35,740 nt of DNA from Bipalium vagum (taxonomy: Eukaryota), in assembly GCA_037834085.1 (NCBI GenBank), contig JBBMKC010200607.1, positions 1 to 35,740 on the forward strand. Reading direction: 5' to 3'. Under the pieces are notes generated by a model. The model saw only the letters and a list, made by a program, of their open reading frames with translations, was not told the origin of the DNA and ran no database searches. Position 1 is the first letter of the stretch; the number at the start of each line of letters is the position of its first letter. Position numbers and translations under genes: made by a program. Positions 22,961-35,672 of the stretch are shown piece after piece.

Positions 22961-23633
22961 TTTGGTTGTGTCGAAAGTTTCCTTGATTTTGATTTAATTT
23001 TACCAAAATAAATATCTTTAATAAATTTTCTCAAAAATTTAATACCATTGACATTTTATAATCAAACTTTATTTGTAAGTTTTGTTTAAATAAACATATC
23101 AATGCATTTATTTGAAAATTGTAATTACAGAAAGGGGTTTACTATTTACTATTTACTATTTATAGCCACCACAAGGACTATTTGTGATAATGTCTGAGAA
23201 TGTGGTATAGCAATTGATTAATCGAAACCTAACAAAACAACTATAAGGGACCTAGATTAGATCCGGCGAGGTTCGAAGGCACTTGGAAATCTGTAAAAAA
23301 TTTTGCAAAATCCTACAGATGATCGCTTTTGGCGTCGTACTTCTATTATCTATCTACTGTTTATTAGTCAATGGAAAAGTAAATTTATGATGTTACATGA
23401 CAAATACATTGCAACAAGTGTCCAAAAGAATCGATTTTGGAAAAAGGCAATGATCAGTGTTTGGTGGAATTATGAAGATGTAATTCATTTTGAGTTTCTA
23501 CCACATGATGTACCACATAATAAAAATTTTTATTTTTGAAAATAATAAAGTATGTTTTGTTGTTATTTTTTCATTTAATTGAGTTATAGTTTGAGTGAAT
23601 TTTGAATTCACCAAAACTTTAGATGCAACCTAA
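22961..23633 (+). mobile_element. Internally deleted non-autonomous mariner (673 bp) with TIRs and TA duplication
   Basis: Left end TA-tttggttgtgtcgaaagtttccttga versus reverse complement of right end TA-ttaggttgcatctaaagttttggtga. Internal LQNPTDDRFWRR and KKAMISVWWNYEDVIHFEFLP. Confidence 0.85.
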
Positions 23634-26149
23634 TATTTTTTAATTATATTTATATTGATGATAAAAGTAATCAAGGTATTACTAATTTTATCAGTAGTAT
23701 ATTTTAATATATTTATAAACTTAATCATTTGTGAAAGATTTTAAATAAAAATGTGTTAAAAATTAACTTAAATATTTTCTCTACTAAGATAATTAAAATA
23801 TAATTAAAAATATAAAATGATAGCCGGTATTACAATTCACATTTTTGGTGCAACAGATCTTTATCTTGATTTTGTTATTAAAAAGTGATGAGTTCGAAAT
23901 ATTTTATAATTAAATTATCTATTTGAAAGGATAAAAATTATTTACACTGAAAAATAATAATGATCAAAATAATAATGATGAATAAACAAAGTTATTAATA
24001 AATCCAAAATAAAATTTATAATTTTAAAATTTTGAGCACTTTAAAATGTATATTAAAAATCTTAAAATCTTTTGATGATCAGGGGAAAATTAAGAGAGTC
24101 TACTGAAGAGTTGATAGGTCTTGCACATGACTACAGTCTGTATCTCTGCCGAATACTCGTAATGCTCTAAAATAAGATTTCAAAAAAAGGAAAATTGTAA
24201 GGGTCAATTTTCTTTGAAATCAAAGAATTCACATTTCGGGACAATCAAATAAAACGAAAAATATTTTATTTAATAAAGTTCATTTAGAATTTGAAAACAA
24301 ATATTTGATTGTTATTACAACAATAAACAAGAAACTTTTCCAAAAATTAATTTTATTAGAAAAAATAATTTTATTTTTAAAATTTTTAAAAAAATTATTA
24401 TTTATATTTATTAGTGGTACTTGGACAAAAAGATGTTTGATGGCTTACCAAAACAAGAGCCTATTATACAATAAAAAGAAAACTGCTTTCAAATTATTTG
24501 ATTGTATTTGGAATCAATAATTTCTGCTTAGATGCAGAGTCCTTTATAAAAGTTTTTATTATAAGATTTGAGGGAATTTTTTTAATCAGATTCTTATCTT
24601 CTTTAGTTTCTTTTCCCCTATATTTTCAATGACAAATCAAATCATGCAAACCTTGTTATCTAAATCACCCCTCAGATTTCGTAACAATTAAGAATTGATT
24701 ATTAATTATTAATGATTCTTTCTATTTTTCACATTTATTTGTCTGTCTTTTCCCACTAGATATGGATATAATAAAATAATAGATAAATATAAAACTGTAC
24801 CTGAATTTTTTTTATATTCGGTAACTTGATTTAATAATTAATTAGTTTTTTATTTATTATTTTTTTTGATTTAATGTAATCAAATAAATTTATCAATAAT
24901 ATTTGGTTATTGATTTATTAAATAATATATCATTTTTTTTATTAATCGTCTTATTTATCATATCCAACAACCGGAACAGGTTTAAAGCATTTTATGTGTG
25001 GGATTAGTTTTATTTCATTAGAATAATACATGAAAAAGAAATTCATCAAAATATGATAACAAATATTTTATTTTTTAACTTTAATTATTATTTTATATAT
25101 TACAAGTTTGAAAGAAAGAATGAACGAACTGTAATCAAATTGATAAAAAAAATGTAAAAAACCCCAATTTTTTCCCACAATCATAAAGGCAAGTTTTTAA
25201 AGACAAAAAATGGCTGTAGAATTCGAGCCAAAAACCAACGAAAGTCATTGTCAAAGTACATATCGACGACAGTGAGTTTCCTAACTCCTGTCTCCCTCTT
25301 TCAATAGGAAAAACATAACATTTCCAAAAATTTATTAAAAACAACCAGGTCTATCAATGTTTTTCCCAGAGAAGAAGTCAACCATTACCAAAATTTTGAT
25401 TTTTCCCATTGTAACATTGAAGACAATTGTAAATTAAATTTTCATTTTATTAATTTTTAATTCTTAAGACATATTTTAAAAAAAAAAAGAAAATACAACT
25501 GAATCAAATATTTATAGTGATGCCTTTCAAGGGGGGCTGTGGAGTTGATTAAAGTTGTCATTTATCTGAATAATTCATACGAAATTGAAACATTATCCCG
25601 GTAGGCAAAGTGATGTGCTCCATTGTTATGGCAAAAGATATTCCATTTTAACAGTAGTAAAAAATCATTAATCACATGCAATATTTATTTTTTGTTTTAA
25701 TTAAACGTTTTCATTTTTAAAATTAAAATGAGGTCTTGCAAATTTGTTTTTAAAATCTGTTTTATAAGTAATTGATTTTTCACAATTTTTATTGATTTCC
25801 GAAAATTTTTTAATAAATAAAAGATATGAAACGTGAAAAATTTTTTTAATTAAAATAATCTAAAACAAGCTGATAATAAAAAGCAAAGCAATAATAATAA
25901 TACTAAAATAATAATAAATTTAATGATAAAATTAATAAATAAATAAGAAAATAATAAAAAAATTCACAATAACGGAAAATGAAATTTGATTGGCTGTTAT
26001 GCTATCACATATAATTCAATTTTTGGCGATGATTTTACTACACGAACCTTTTAAATAAGTATAAAGGGTAGCATATTCTTATCAAGTCGCTTTAGTCAGA
26101 GAACATCTTCGAATAGGAATATTAATTGTCAAATTCAGATAGCCCAAAA

Positions 26150-26640
26150 ACAATAACGATCTTGTTCTATTATGTGTACCATTCTATACCTTTTGGAATA
26201 ATACCAAGTTAAAGTTAGTGGTATTTTAAGTTCACATCTGCCTTTTCTATCGCAATAATTCTGATTCTGTAATCCGTTAATTGTTCGCTATAAATTTAAT
26301 GGTTACTTTTCACATTAAAATAATGAAAATGATAAGGTAGAATAAATGATGTACTCAAGGTTGAAAATTTTTGATAGTTTATTTTGACAATATAGGCCAT
26401 ATAACATACAATTTTTGGTTTAGAATTATTTCCATAGTACCCAAAAGATGAGAAATACATTCTCAAATTTTTACGGGGGTGAATCTTGTCTCAATAACGA
26501 TTTTAATTACTTAATTATCATTTAATGCTGCTGGTTCTCAATGAATATTTCAGCATATCAAGATTTTCCATTTTAATCTCAAGAACCACTCTTTAGAAAT
26601 CTTACATTTTCACAAAGGAAAGCCATAGAATAGCATTGAT
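26150..26640 (-). mobile_element. Heavily degraded mariner remnant
   Basis: Pieces MLFYGF, KEWFLRLK, PAALND, YSEQL and FQKGIE..*NKIV occur in mariner order. Confidence 0.4.
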
Positions 26641-26654
26641 TTTATTTTGCAGCT

Positions 26655-26975
26655 GTGGTAACTTTAGAAACATGAGGACGTGCGTTGTCATGTTGGAACC
26701 TGAAGTTGTTGTGCTGTTTCATAAAAAGTACAACGTTTTTTCTCAATGATTTCTTTGGTATATTTCTGACCATTCAAAATTCAATCAATCATCATCAAAG
26801 GGCTTAATCGTTGAAAGATGTGGCCGCTCAAATCATAATTGAGCCTCCACCAAATTGGTGGCGTTATACGATGAAACAATCCAAAAACCGTTCTGTAATT
26901 TGTTGTCTGATCCCAACTGCCATCCTGCATATCCAAGCAGAACTGTCATTCGTCACTGAAAACCACCGTATTATA
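26655..26975 (-). mobile_element. Tc1-family (DD34E) transposase catalytic-core fragment
   Basis: TVVFSDE*QFCLDMQDG...ERFLDCFIV*RHQFGGGSIMI*AATSF...LNGQKYTKEII...FRFQHDNARPHVSKVT. Confidence 0.85.
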
Positions 26976-28260
26976 CATATTATAAGGAGTGATTCGAAGA
27001 ATTAGTTTGTTTGAATTTTTTAAAATAAAGACCTCATGCCATGATTAACAAATATTAAATGTTTTTAATTTAAAGTTTTTAAAAATTATAATGTTACGTT
27101 TTTTTAATTTTTAAATAAATATTTTAAATAAATGTTGGTTAATTTTAAAAAAGTAAATAATTTAATTTTAATAAAAGTTGAGGTCCAAGTTTGAAAAATT
27201 TGTTTGGTTAACCGGATTTAATGAAATAGATTATTATTGCTTCGACTTTGAATTCTTATTTACAAATGACTACACAAGAATATAACTCATATAATAATAA
27301 ATTTGATTTTCTGAAATTGTGATTATAAAAGACCGAACTCCTAATAAATTGTTTCATACATTTGTGTTTTTGATTAAAATATTAATTGTGAAATATTAAT
27401 ATAATTTTATGAAGTTCGAAGAATTTTAAAAAATTTTTAAAAATATTTTTTATTGATATTTTATTTATTATTTATATTTTTTGGTTTATTTATATTATTT
27501 TATATTTTGATTCACCACGTTCTAATCTTCCCGAGAAATGTAATTTCCCTCTTGAATCTGCATGACTGAACTGTTTAAATTGACATTAATTACAAAACAC
27601 AAAATTTATAAATTACAATAAAACTTTGCCCAGGCAAGCAGTCATGTACAGCAGAACGAAATAAATAATTTCTTTATAACCGCCTTGGAAAATTAAAACA
27701 AATTTAATAATGGAAGAATTTTGACAGTTGAAAGAGAAGGTGGGATATGGATTCAAAAAGCATTAAAAAGTAAATAAAATATTGGTAGGCACGAGGTATA
27801 GAATTTTATTAAAATAAAAAACAAGACAAAATATTATTATGGATGCTGTACAGATCGACTATTGACGAGGGGATCATTGTTTCGGATCACTTTACACAGG
27901 GAAAAGAGTTGAGAACTGAATATGAAATTTAAATCCAACTTGAAAAATTACTAAAAAAATAGAATAAAAGAATAGATTCCTTTTCGCCTCAATTTGAAAC
28001 ATGAAATTTCATCACCCACCTGAATTAAAGTGAGGGAAATGATTGACATCCGCTGAATTCACTTCACATTTATTTATGAACGCAAAATCCATAACAATTA
28101 TCATTGAAATGCCAAATACTTAATAAAAAAAAACGTTTCGGTTGTAATTAGTGGAATTAGAAACCTTAACATTTATTACTTCCTGTGTTGTACATGGAAG
28201 AACATCGTCCTCTAATTAGGGTGTCTTATTTTGACAGAGGGAAGATATCTATTCTAATTA

Positions 28261-28318
28261 GTGATGATCAATTGACCTTTATCTGAAATTTTGAAGACCT
28301 TTGGTTTCGTAATCCTGA
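28261..28318 (+). ncRNA. Candidate compact box C/D snoRNA
   Basis: GTGATGA (C, 28261), CTGA (D', 28283), TGAAGA (C', 28292) and CTGA (D, 28315) are in canonical order. There is no convincing terminal stem. Confidence 0.25.
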
Positions 28319-28929
28319 CTTTGAAAATGTAAATAATTTAACGAATAATATTAATTGAATTGTTAATTAAATAATTAAATTTACCACATAAATAATTAAG
28401 AAATTTAAATAATTTAATTTAAATCAATCCAATTATGCCATTAAAAAAATAAAATAAACTGTGTAAAAGAATTGGAATGAGAAAATTTTTAATTTTTTTA
28501 TTAATTTTATAAATTTAATAATATAAAGAAAAATGTCGAAAAATTTATATAATAGAAACAAAATCAAAAGAAGAGAATAAAAAATATTTTTATTGATTTT
28601 TTATTTTGAAACGTGGGCAATTTTAATGATCTTCAATGGTTTGGGAAAAATTCCTGAAAAACATTTTGTACATAAACTCAGTAGGATGATGAACATCTTC
28701 GGTTGAAGGAAACGTATTGCCGCTTTTTATATCACAATTCAAAAGTGGATAAGTTACCATGAAAATCATTTTATCAATTAAGACAATCACCATTGACATC
28801 AAAACACTGAACCTTCTAATCGTTTATTAATACCGAATTAAAATAAAAGCCAGGATCACGGGATTCGATTGGAAAAGCAAATTCTTAAAATTTTATTAAT
28901 CCATTTCCTGTACTTTTTGCACAGATAAT

Positions 28930-29300
28930 TTTTCAACAACAGACTAAGCGTTATCCTGCAAAAGTAAAGAACGGTCACGATTCGTGAATACTAGCTGTTT
29001 TTGCTTCATCTTTGACAAGTATTCCGCAGTGATATTTTCTCCATGTAAAAAGAAATTATAATGAAAAATACCGTTTACAGACCATCATTGGCTTCTTCGG
29101 GATAATCATTCGCTTTGCAACTGTACTCGGCTGAGAATCGTTGTCTTTCCACTCCCGTAACGTCAGGTGTTGTCAAAATATATCAATTTTTAGTAGCAAG
29201 TAATAATCTTTTCAATGGAGCTTTATTTCTGTTTCTTCCATCCTGGGTTGTTCAAATGTTTTGATGTATTATATTATTAAGTTCCTACGAAAATGAAATT
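28930..29300 (-). mobile_element. Mariner transposase fragment
   Basis: KIITCY*KLIYFDN, REWKDNDSQPSTVAKRMIIPKKPMM, GIFHYNFFLHGENITAEY, NRDRSLLLQDNA. Confidence 0.8.
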
Positions 29301-29589
29301 ATTTTATGGGTTAAAAAATATCGAATTTGGTCTTAAGGAAACTTAACAAGATAATTGCAAATCAGAAGGGTTTATAGTGTGTAATTCGGTATTGTTTAGA
29401 ATAATGTTGGTTTGGATCACCAGAAACTGTTTTTATTATTTTATTTTATTTCTTTCGTAGTCTCCACAATATTGATACTTAGACCTTAGTTTGTATATTA
29501 TAATTTATTATTTTATTTTTATATTATTTTTTTACCATATATCAAAACCTTCAATAATAATAATATCACTGGCTTATCTGTAACAATGA

Positions 29590-29990
29590 TATATTCATAA
29601 TATTTTCTTTAAATTCATTCCCAGAAAATTCCGCAGAGAAATTATTGAATAGTAACCTAAAGGTACTCTTCATGAGCTATAAGGATACATCAAATCACAT
29701 TTAAAGTCTTTTAGCTTAGTGACTTTTTTTCGAAATGTTTAATCTTATGAAAAAGTATCTTGGAGACTTTTAAGAAAAAATATCTCATTCAAAATGTTTT
29801 TTCTGTCCGATTTTTAAATAGATTCAAAATGATTTACTCTTTGATAATATCAGGACACATTCAATAATATCTTCTTTATACAAGCCTTGGTATTGTCACT
29901 GGAACAGGACTTGAGTTGGAAATAACCATAAATCTTTCTTCTTTAGATCATTCACTACACATTTCCTGTTATAATGCATTTGTAAATCGA
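29590..29990 (-). mobile_element. Mariner transposase fragment
   Basis: CIITGN, LWL.P, KKILLNVS*YYQRVNHFE, KLKDFKCDLMYPYSS*RVPLGYY (corresponding to HPPYSPDLAPSDY), SLRNFL. Confidence 0.65.
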
Positions 29991-30144
29991 ATGGACAATA
30001 AGCAATAAATGATAAGTAAAAATTTCGATTGATAGACACATTTGATACAGGCATTTTGTATGAAATTGATTTTCTTAATTAATTAAACAAATTCATTATT
30101 TGCAGCAGCTTAAAAAATATGTTCAATTAGAAAATCCTGATGTA

Positions 30145-31344
30145 CAAAGTGCGTCAACTATTTGAGGACAAAAATTGATATTAAAGGTAAGTAATATTTT
30201 TAATGAAAAGAATGTATGTTTTTAAGCAATATTAGAAACTTTTTTTGTTTTAAGTACATAAGTTTTATTTATTCAATAAAATCGCCTTCAGTGTCAATTA
30301 CAGCTTCAAGATGTCTTCTGAAAAGCTTACAAGCCGCGATCAAATTGTTTTTGTTTATATTTATCATAGCAGAACTTATAGAAGCCCGTAATGAATCTTT
30401 GTTATTATGAGGATTTTTGTTCATCACCTTCTCTACGACGCTCCATACGAAATAGTCCAAAGGATTTAAATCGGATGAGCTAGGTTGCCATAAATTTGAA
30501 GTGACATAGTCGTTAAAATTTAGCGATAAAATTTAGGAACACACAAGGCCTTCCGTGGGCAACTTTATCAATCCAGGGCTGCATTAGAAGAGATGCATTA
30601 ATTCTAAGTCCCTGTGGAAAGAAATATGGAGGCATAACATGACCTTCGTTGCTCACAACATCCAATATCATCAAAGATGATGGAAGTTTGGTGTGCATAA
30701 CATTAGGGACTTCAGAAGCACTGGATCACAGCCATCTATCGTTCCTCCTATTAACTTTTTGATCTTAAGTAAAGCGTTATTCATAAGAAAAGAACCTAGC
30801 ATGTTTGGATGATCAGGATGCTTGATTTTGTTTAAAAGACACTTCAATCTGATTAAACGATTTTCTTTGCTTTTTGCCGATACAAAATGTCTTTTTCTCA
30901 TGACGTAGGACTTGTATTTTAAATCATTGTGTACCGATCGTCTTACTGTTGACTCAGGAACCGATAGTCGATGAGCAATTACTCTCACTGATGTTCTGGG
31001 ACTTTCTTGAACAAAATTAACATTTCTGACAATGTCTGAAAGTGAGGAATATGTTTTTCTTTTATATATAGAGGAAACTATTCGATCAGATGTCAAACAT
31101 TTCTTTCAAATTTTATTGACAACGATCTGACCACATTAAGTATTTTGGAAATTTCTAAGTCCCTGTGTCCTGCATGCCTTTTCATTTCTTGTGTTAATTC
31201 AAAAGTTATCTTTTCCATTTCTAAATTAAAAAATAATAATTTAATGTTGTATCAATATTTAATGCAAATCAATTTTAGCGCCACTAAAAAAATTATCATG
31301 ATATATTTTAACAATTTTTGTCCTCAAATAGCTGACGCACCCTG
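30145..31344 (-). mobile_element. DD37D/maT (Bmmar1-like) Tc1/mariner element, 1200 bp, inactive
   Basis: TIRs of about 30 bp: caaagtgcgtcaactatttgaggacaaaaattg versus cagggtgcgtcagctatttgaggacaaaaattg, flanked by TA at 30143-30144 and 31345-31346. Transposase pseudogene 31218-30269 contains DLKYKSYVMRKRH, FFSYE* (FFSDEK), HTKLPSSLMILDVVSNEGHVMPPYFFPQGLRINA and WQPSSSDLNPLDYFVWSVVEK...FRRHLEAVIDTEGDFIE*. The QQD (second Asp) segment is deleted. Confidence 0.93.
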
Positions 31345-32359
31345 TAAGGGTCTTAGTATTTTTACGTTACTTGGACAATAAATATAAAACAAATAAATAA
31401 ATAAAAAATAAAAAAATATAATATTAATAATATATAAATATTATTAAAAAAAATAAATATTATTAAAAAATATATATATTATTTTATTAAATAAGTCTTC
31501 TTTTTGTGAAAAATTATATTTTAATATTTTATTTAAAATTAACAATCGTACAGAAATATATTTGTAAAACTTTTGATTGTGAGATTTTGTTATTGAAATT
31601 GTTAAATTGATAAAAATTTATACGATTAATAAAATATAAAGAGCTTAAAGGAGACAAGCAACACAAAGACCGAAAAGATGAAAAAGTAGCCAAGATTAGA
31701 AAATGATAAATTATAAAACTCTCCTGTGATTTATAAATATTTTTACAAGCCGATTCTCATTAATGGCATGATCGGATGATTGAATAACAGATTTATGCAT
31801 TGGTTATTATTTGTTAAAATAAATAAAAATGACTTTGTTTAAATTAAGTGAGATAAAGAAAAAATATATGAAAGTTATTTCATTTTCGATTTCTTGTCCC
31901 CCCCACAAAAAAAACATTCTTCCGCAGTTTTATTTTTTTTCGAAATTTTTGACTTTATTTTAAAAGAAATCGAAAAAATTATACTGAGGTATTTTTAAAA
32001 TAACATTTATTACATTTTTTTCCGTCCAATTATTAGGAAATGTGAAAATTTATATTTTATATTTTATGATTTTACATTTATTGATTGTGACGAACTGGAA
32101 TACTTAGCTGATAAATATTATTATTTGTGATGATAGTGCATCTGGTAACAATAATAATAATATTATTATTAATAATAAATTAAGTCAATTTTTAAGGAAT
32201 ACATAAGTTTGGATAATATTGAATTTTATCACCTGTTATTAATCTTGACTAAAACATATAAGGCCACAATACCCTACAATGGACATCCGCTTAACAATAC
32301 AGAACAGGAAAGAGTTCAGTTTTATTCAAATAAAATTCATCCAAAATAAGAGTTTTTAT

Positions 32360-32620
32360 TCTCATGCAAAATATTATCAATAATATATTATAATATCAAA
32401 ATGTCTCATTCATAAAAATGCCAACGTAAACATCCTTCGTATGATAATAAGATTTTACTCAGACTCGAAAAGGTTTGTTAATAATTAATTTGGAATCTAA
32501 TGTCAATATAATCATACTTGTAAGATATTTCAGGCTTGAACTGTTTTAAAATATTACCCAAGTGTACTTGAAATTTTATTCTGAACTTATTTTCCATTTT
32601 TATTGAATGATCAAATTCAA
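32360..32620 (-). mobile_element. Possible RTE-type LINE RT C-terminal remnant
   Basis: SLKYLTSMI (F.YLGS.I), DIRFQIN, TFSSLSKIL and IIDNILH (I..ILLYG) occur in the expected order. Confidence 0.3.
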
Positions 32621-33105
32621 TTATTTCTTTGGCTTCCACTGAATAAATAATTTTTTTTAAAAGATTCTTAATTTTTAAAAAATATTATTTAAACACTTAA
32701 ATTAAAAGCTGTCCACAACCTCTTCAAGTTTAGGTCAGGGATATTTACCATATTCAGAACCAGACCTCAAACTGGAGTAATTTCTCCAAGGAGGATTCCA
32801 ATTTCGTGTTGGAAGTAATAAAAATTTATGATTGCCCATTCATGAATCCCAAGCCTACAAGGGACTGGAGATGAGAGTTTCACGGTTTCACCGGGAAGAT
32901 ACGGAATAATAGCGATTCAAAACATGCAGATGATTGACTAGGAAGTTAGGTTGAATTCTGATCTCCATAGGATTACTGATCTATTACTTACCTTAATGGC
33001 ATTCTTAAATAAATCTGAGGAAGAAAAATTAAAAACAGACAAGATTTATCTCAAAGATGGAAAACAAGTGATCAATAATCAAATGGAAAATAAAAACAAT
33101 GTATA

Positions 33106-33533
33106 TGAAGGCTGTCTTTTAAGTTTTGCATATGGGTGCATAAAAGCCTACAATAATAAAATATTATTATGTAAAACAAGCGTCTATATTTAGATACTAA
33201 GAATTATAAATTATGTTTAGATATATTAAAGTCTTTGTTTACAGCGACTATTTAAAAAAACGTAATCAATGAAAAAAATTGAATTCACGAGAGAAATCCT
33301 GTACAATTTTTGAAGAGGATTATTTCAGGAACAATGGCGATCTGTCCAAAACTGCCCACAATTTGGTTTCCTTACTTAGCATGACTACGAAAATAAATGA
33401 AATATTAAAACCAAAACTCATTTTACCAGAATTTTTATGACTATAAATAAAGCCTTAAGGGTCGATTAATATATCAATTAAAAAAATTTAATCATATCAT
33501 ATTCAAAGTGCTAATGACTTTTGGGACACCCTG
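33106..33533 (+). mobile_element. Composite remnant: mariner left end and N-terminus joined to the terminal repeat of a different Tc1/mariner-superfamily element
   Basis: TA-tgaaggctgtcttttaagtttt at 33104; ATG at 33269 reads MKKIEFTREILYNF*RGLFQEQ; the right end reads TA-cagggtgtcccaaaagtcattag on the minus strand (TA at 33534-33535). The two ends do not match each other. Confidence 0.55.
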
Positions 33534-34029
33534 TATATATGCAAATATATAATTAAAATAATTAAAAATATATAACCTGTTTTATTATTGTTTATAATAA
33601 TAAAGGAGTACACAATATTTTAACTGTATATCAAAAGAATCTTAATGTAACAATAAATATAATAAATAAATGTAATGAATAAATATATAAAATAATTATA
33701 AATATAAGATTCTTACCATTGTCTTTAATAATAAAGAAGTAAAAAATATTTTAATAGTAATCTTCTTTTCTTTAAAATATTTTTTTTCTTGTCGAATTAA
33801 TTAATAATATTCATAAATAGTTTTTGGCAAATAAAAAATGTACGAAATCATAAAAAAAATATGAATATTAATTTATTTTTAATCTCATAAAATATTAATA
33901 CTATTTGGATTTATTCTAGCGTAAGATGTTTAAAATGGCATTTGATCTTCACAAATGAATGTGAATTTTCATGTAAAAAATTTTTCCAAATTTTTACTTT
34001 AAGAAATATGAAATTTTTTCGCTGTATTG

Positions 34030-34206
34030 NNNNNNNNNNNNNNNNNNNNNNNNNNNNNNNNNNNNNNNNNNNNNNNNNNNNNNNNNNNNNNNNNNNNNNN
34101 NNNNNNNNNNNNNNNNNNNNNNNNNNNNNNNNNNNNNNNNNNNNNNNNNNNNNNNNNNNNNNNNNNNNNNNNNNNNNNNNNNNNNNNNNNNNNNNNNNNN
34201 NNNNNN
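34030..34206. other. Assembly gap (177 N)
   Basis: Run of N. Confidence 1.
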
Positions 34207-35339
34207 TATTTAAGTATTTTTTACAATTAAATTCATCATTCACTAATTGTTTCACTTAATTTTCCTGGGGTCTAATATGAATACACTATTACAGTACCTG
34301 GCCATTTATATTGACTAGAGAATTATTACAGTTAGACTTTGTAAAGATAATTTCTGTTGACTTTGAAGACGTGAATCAAGATTGTAAAAAGAATGATAAA
34401 TTGATTTGTCAATGCTCTCAGTATGAAGACTATGTTGTCCCCGTTTTTCAATACATTCAGTGCATTTAATAATCCCAGTTTTTTGTGATCTATTCCATCA
34501 ATATGTTACAACTTTATGGTCCCTATACAGTCTGCGTGGAACCTCAAGTTGGGAGAATCCATTATTCCTTTTTCCAAATTTGCTAAGCTCACGGTAAGTA
34601 AATATTAACCATTTTATATTATATAGAAATCGACATGTTTATAAGATCCCAAACTTTATAAATTATGACGATGTCTATGGCAATAGCAATTCAGTATAAT
34701 TATCAAATGAATGCTTTTATTAGTCGTTTTCAAGGTAGAGGGGTTATTTTTGAGTACAGCATAGAAAGAATTCTTTATTTCTTTAATTTATTTTTCAATG
34801 TAATCTTTAAAATGAAAAATTATTTAGCAAATATATCCAGTAAACGTTTTTGAACATTTTTTATCTCTTAGAAATATTTTCATAAATTTTAATATTCCAA
34901 ACATTATACGATAACTTTTTTAAAATTTTTGTTATATAAATATTTTAGCGGTAAATTTATTATTTTATTATTTTAATATTTTATTTATTGAGATCATTTT
35001 TTTATTAAAATTCATTATTAATTAATAATCTTTCATTAATTTAATTAATGACACCAAATAAATTATTTTACATATTACCACTTTTGGTATACGATAAAGG
35101 CAGTAAAGTACATGTCCACAACTATTGTGACGTGGCTTTTAAAATTTAATCATTAAAACAAAAATAATTAAACCTGACAAAAAGACGATTATTTTTTATT
35201 GTTGTAAACTGAAATTTTGAATCGTTTTATAATTAAATTGATAATGAATTTTCTCTAAAATTTTCCTTATCACAGTATAAATAATGACTTTGGATCTCAA
35301 TATAAGTTAGAACAAATTGAACATATTCTCTTACAGGAA

Positions 35340-35550
35340 AATGTTAAAGTTATCCGAAAAATCTGCTTCCAATATCTCTACAATATCTATTTTAAAAGAA
35401 TTTTCAAAGAAATAAGATAAATCCATTACATTTCCTCCTAATGCATTACTTCTATTATCATAATTTGGAGATCTGATATATCTTTCGGCTTGGTTGAGCT
35501 GTTCCTTGAAAATGAAAGCATTATCATTTTGGAATACGATTGGAATTCAA
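35340..35550 (-). mobile_element. Tc1-like transposase C-terminal fragment
   Basis: PIVFQNDNA (FQQDNA), then KPKDISDLQIMIIEV..YLISL. Confidence 0.5.
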
Positions 35551-35669
35551 AACTGTTTAAAAATAATAATTTGATATATTAATATATTACACAATAAATA
35601 ATATATAATTAATATATTATATTACTACAGTTATTTAATTTCGGGTCGCATATTTTTATCATTAAATTC

Positions 35670-35672
<3 letters not shown>

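Noticed and set aside
33911-34259. ORFs of 67-114 aa
   Set aside because: Artefacts of the N gap.
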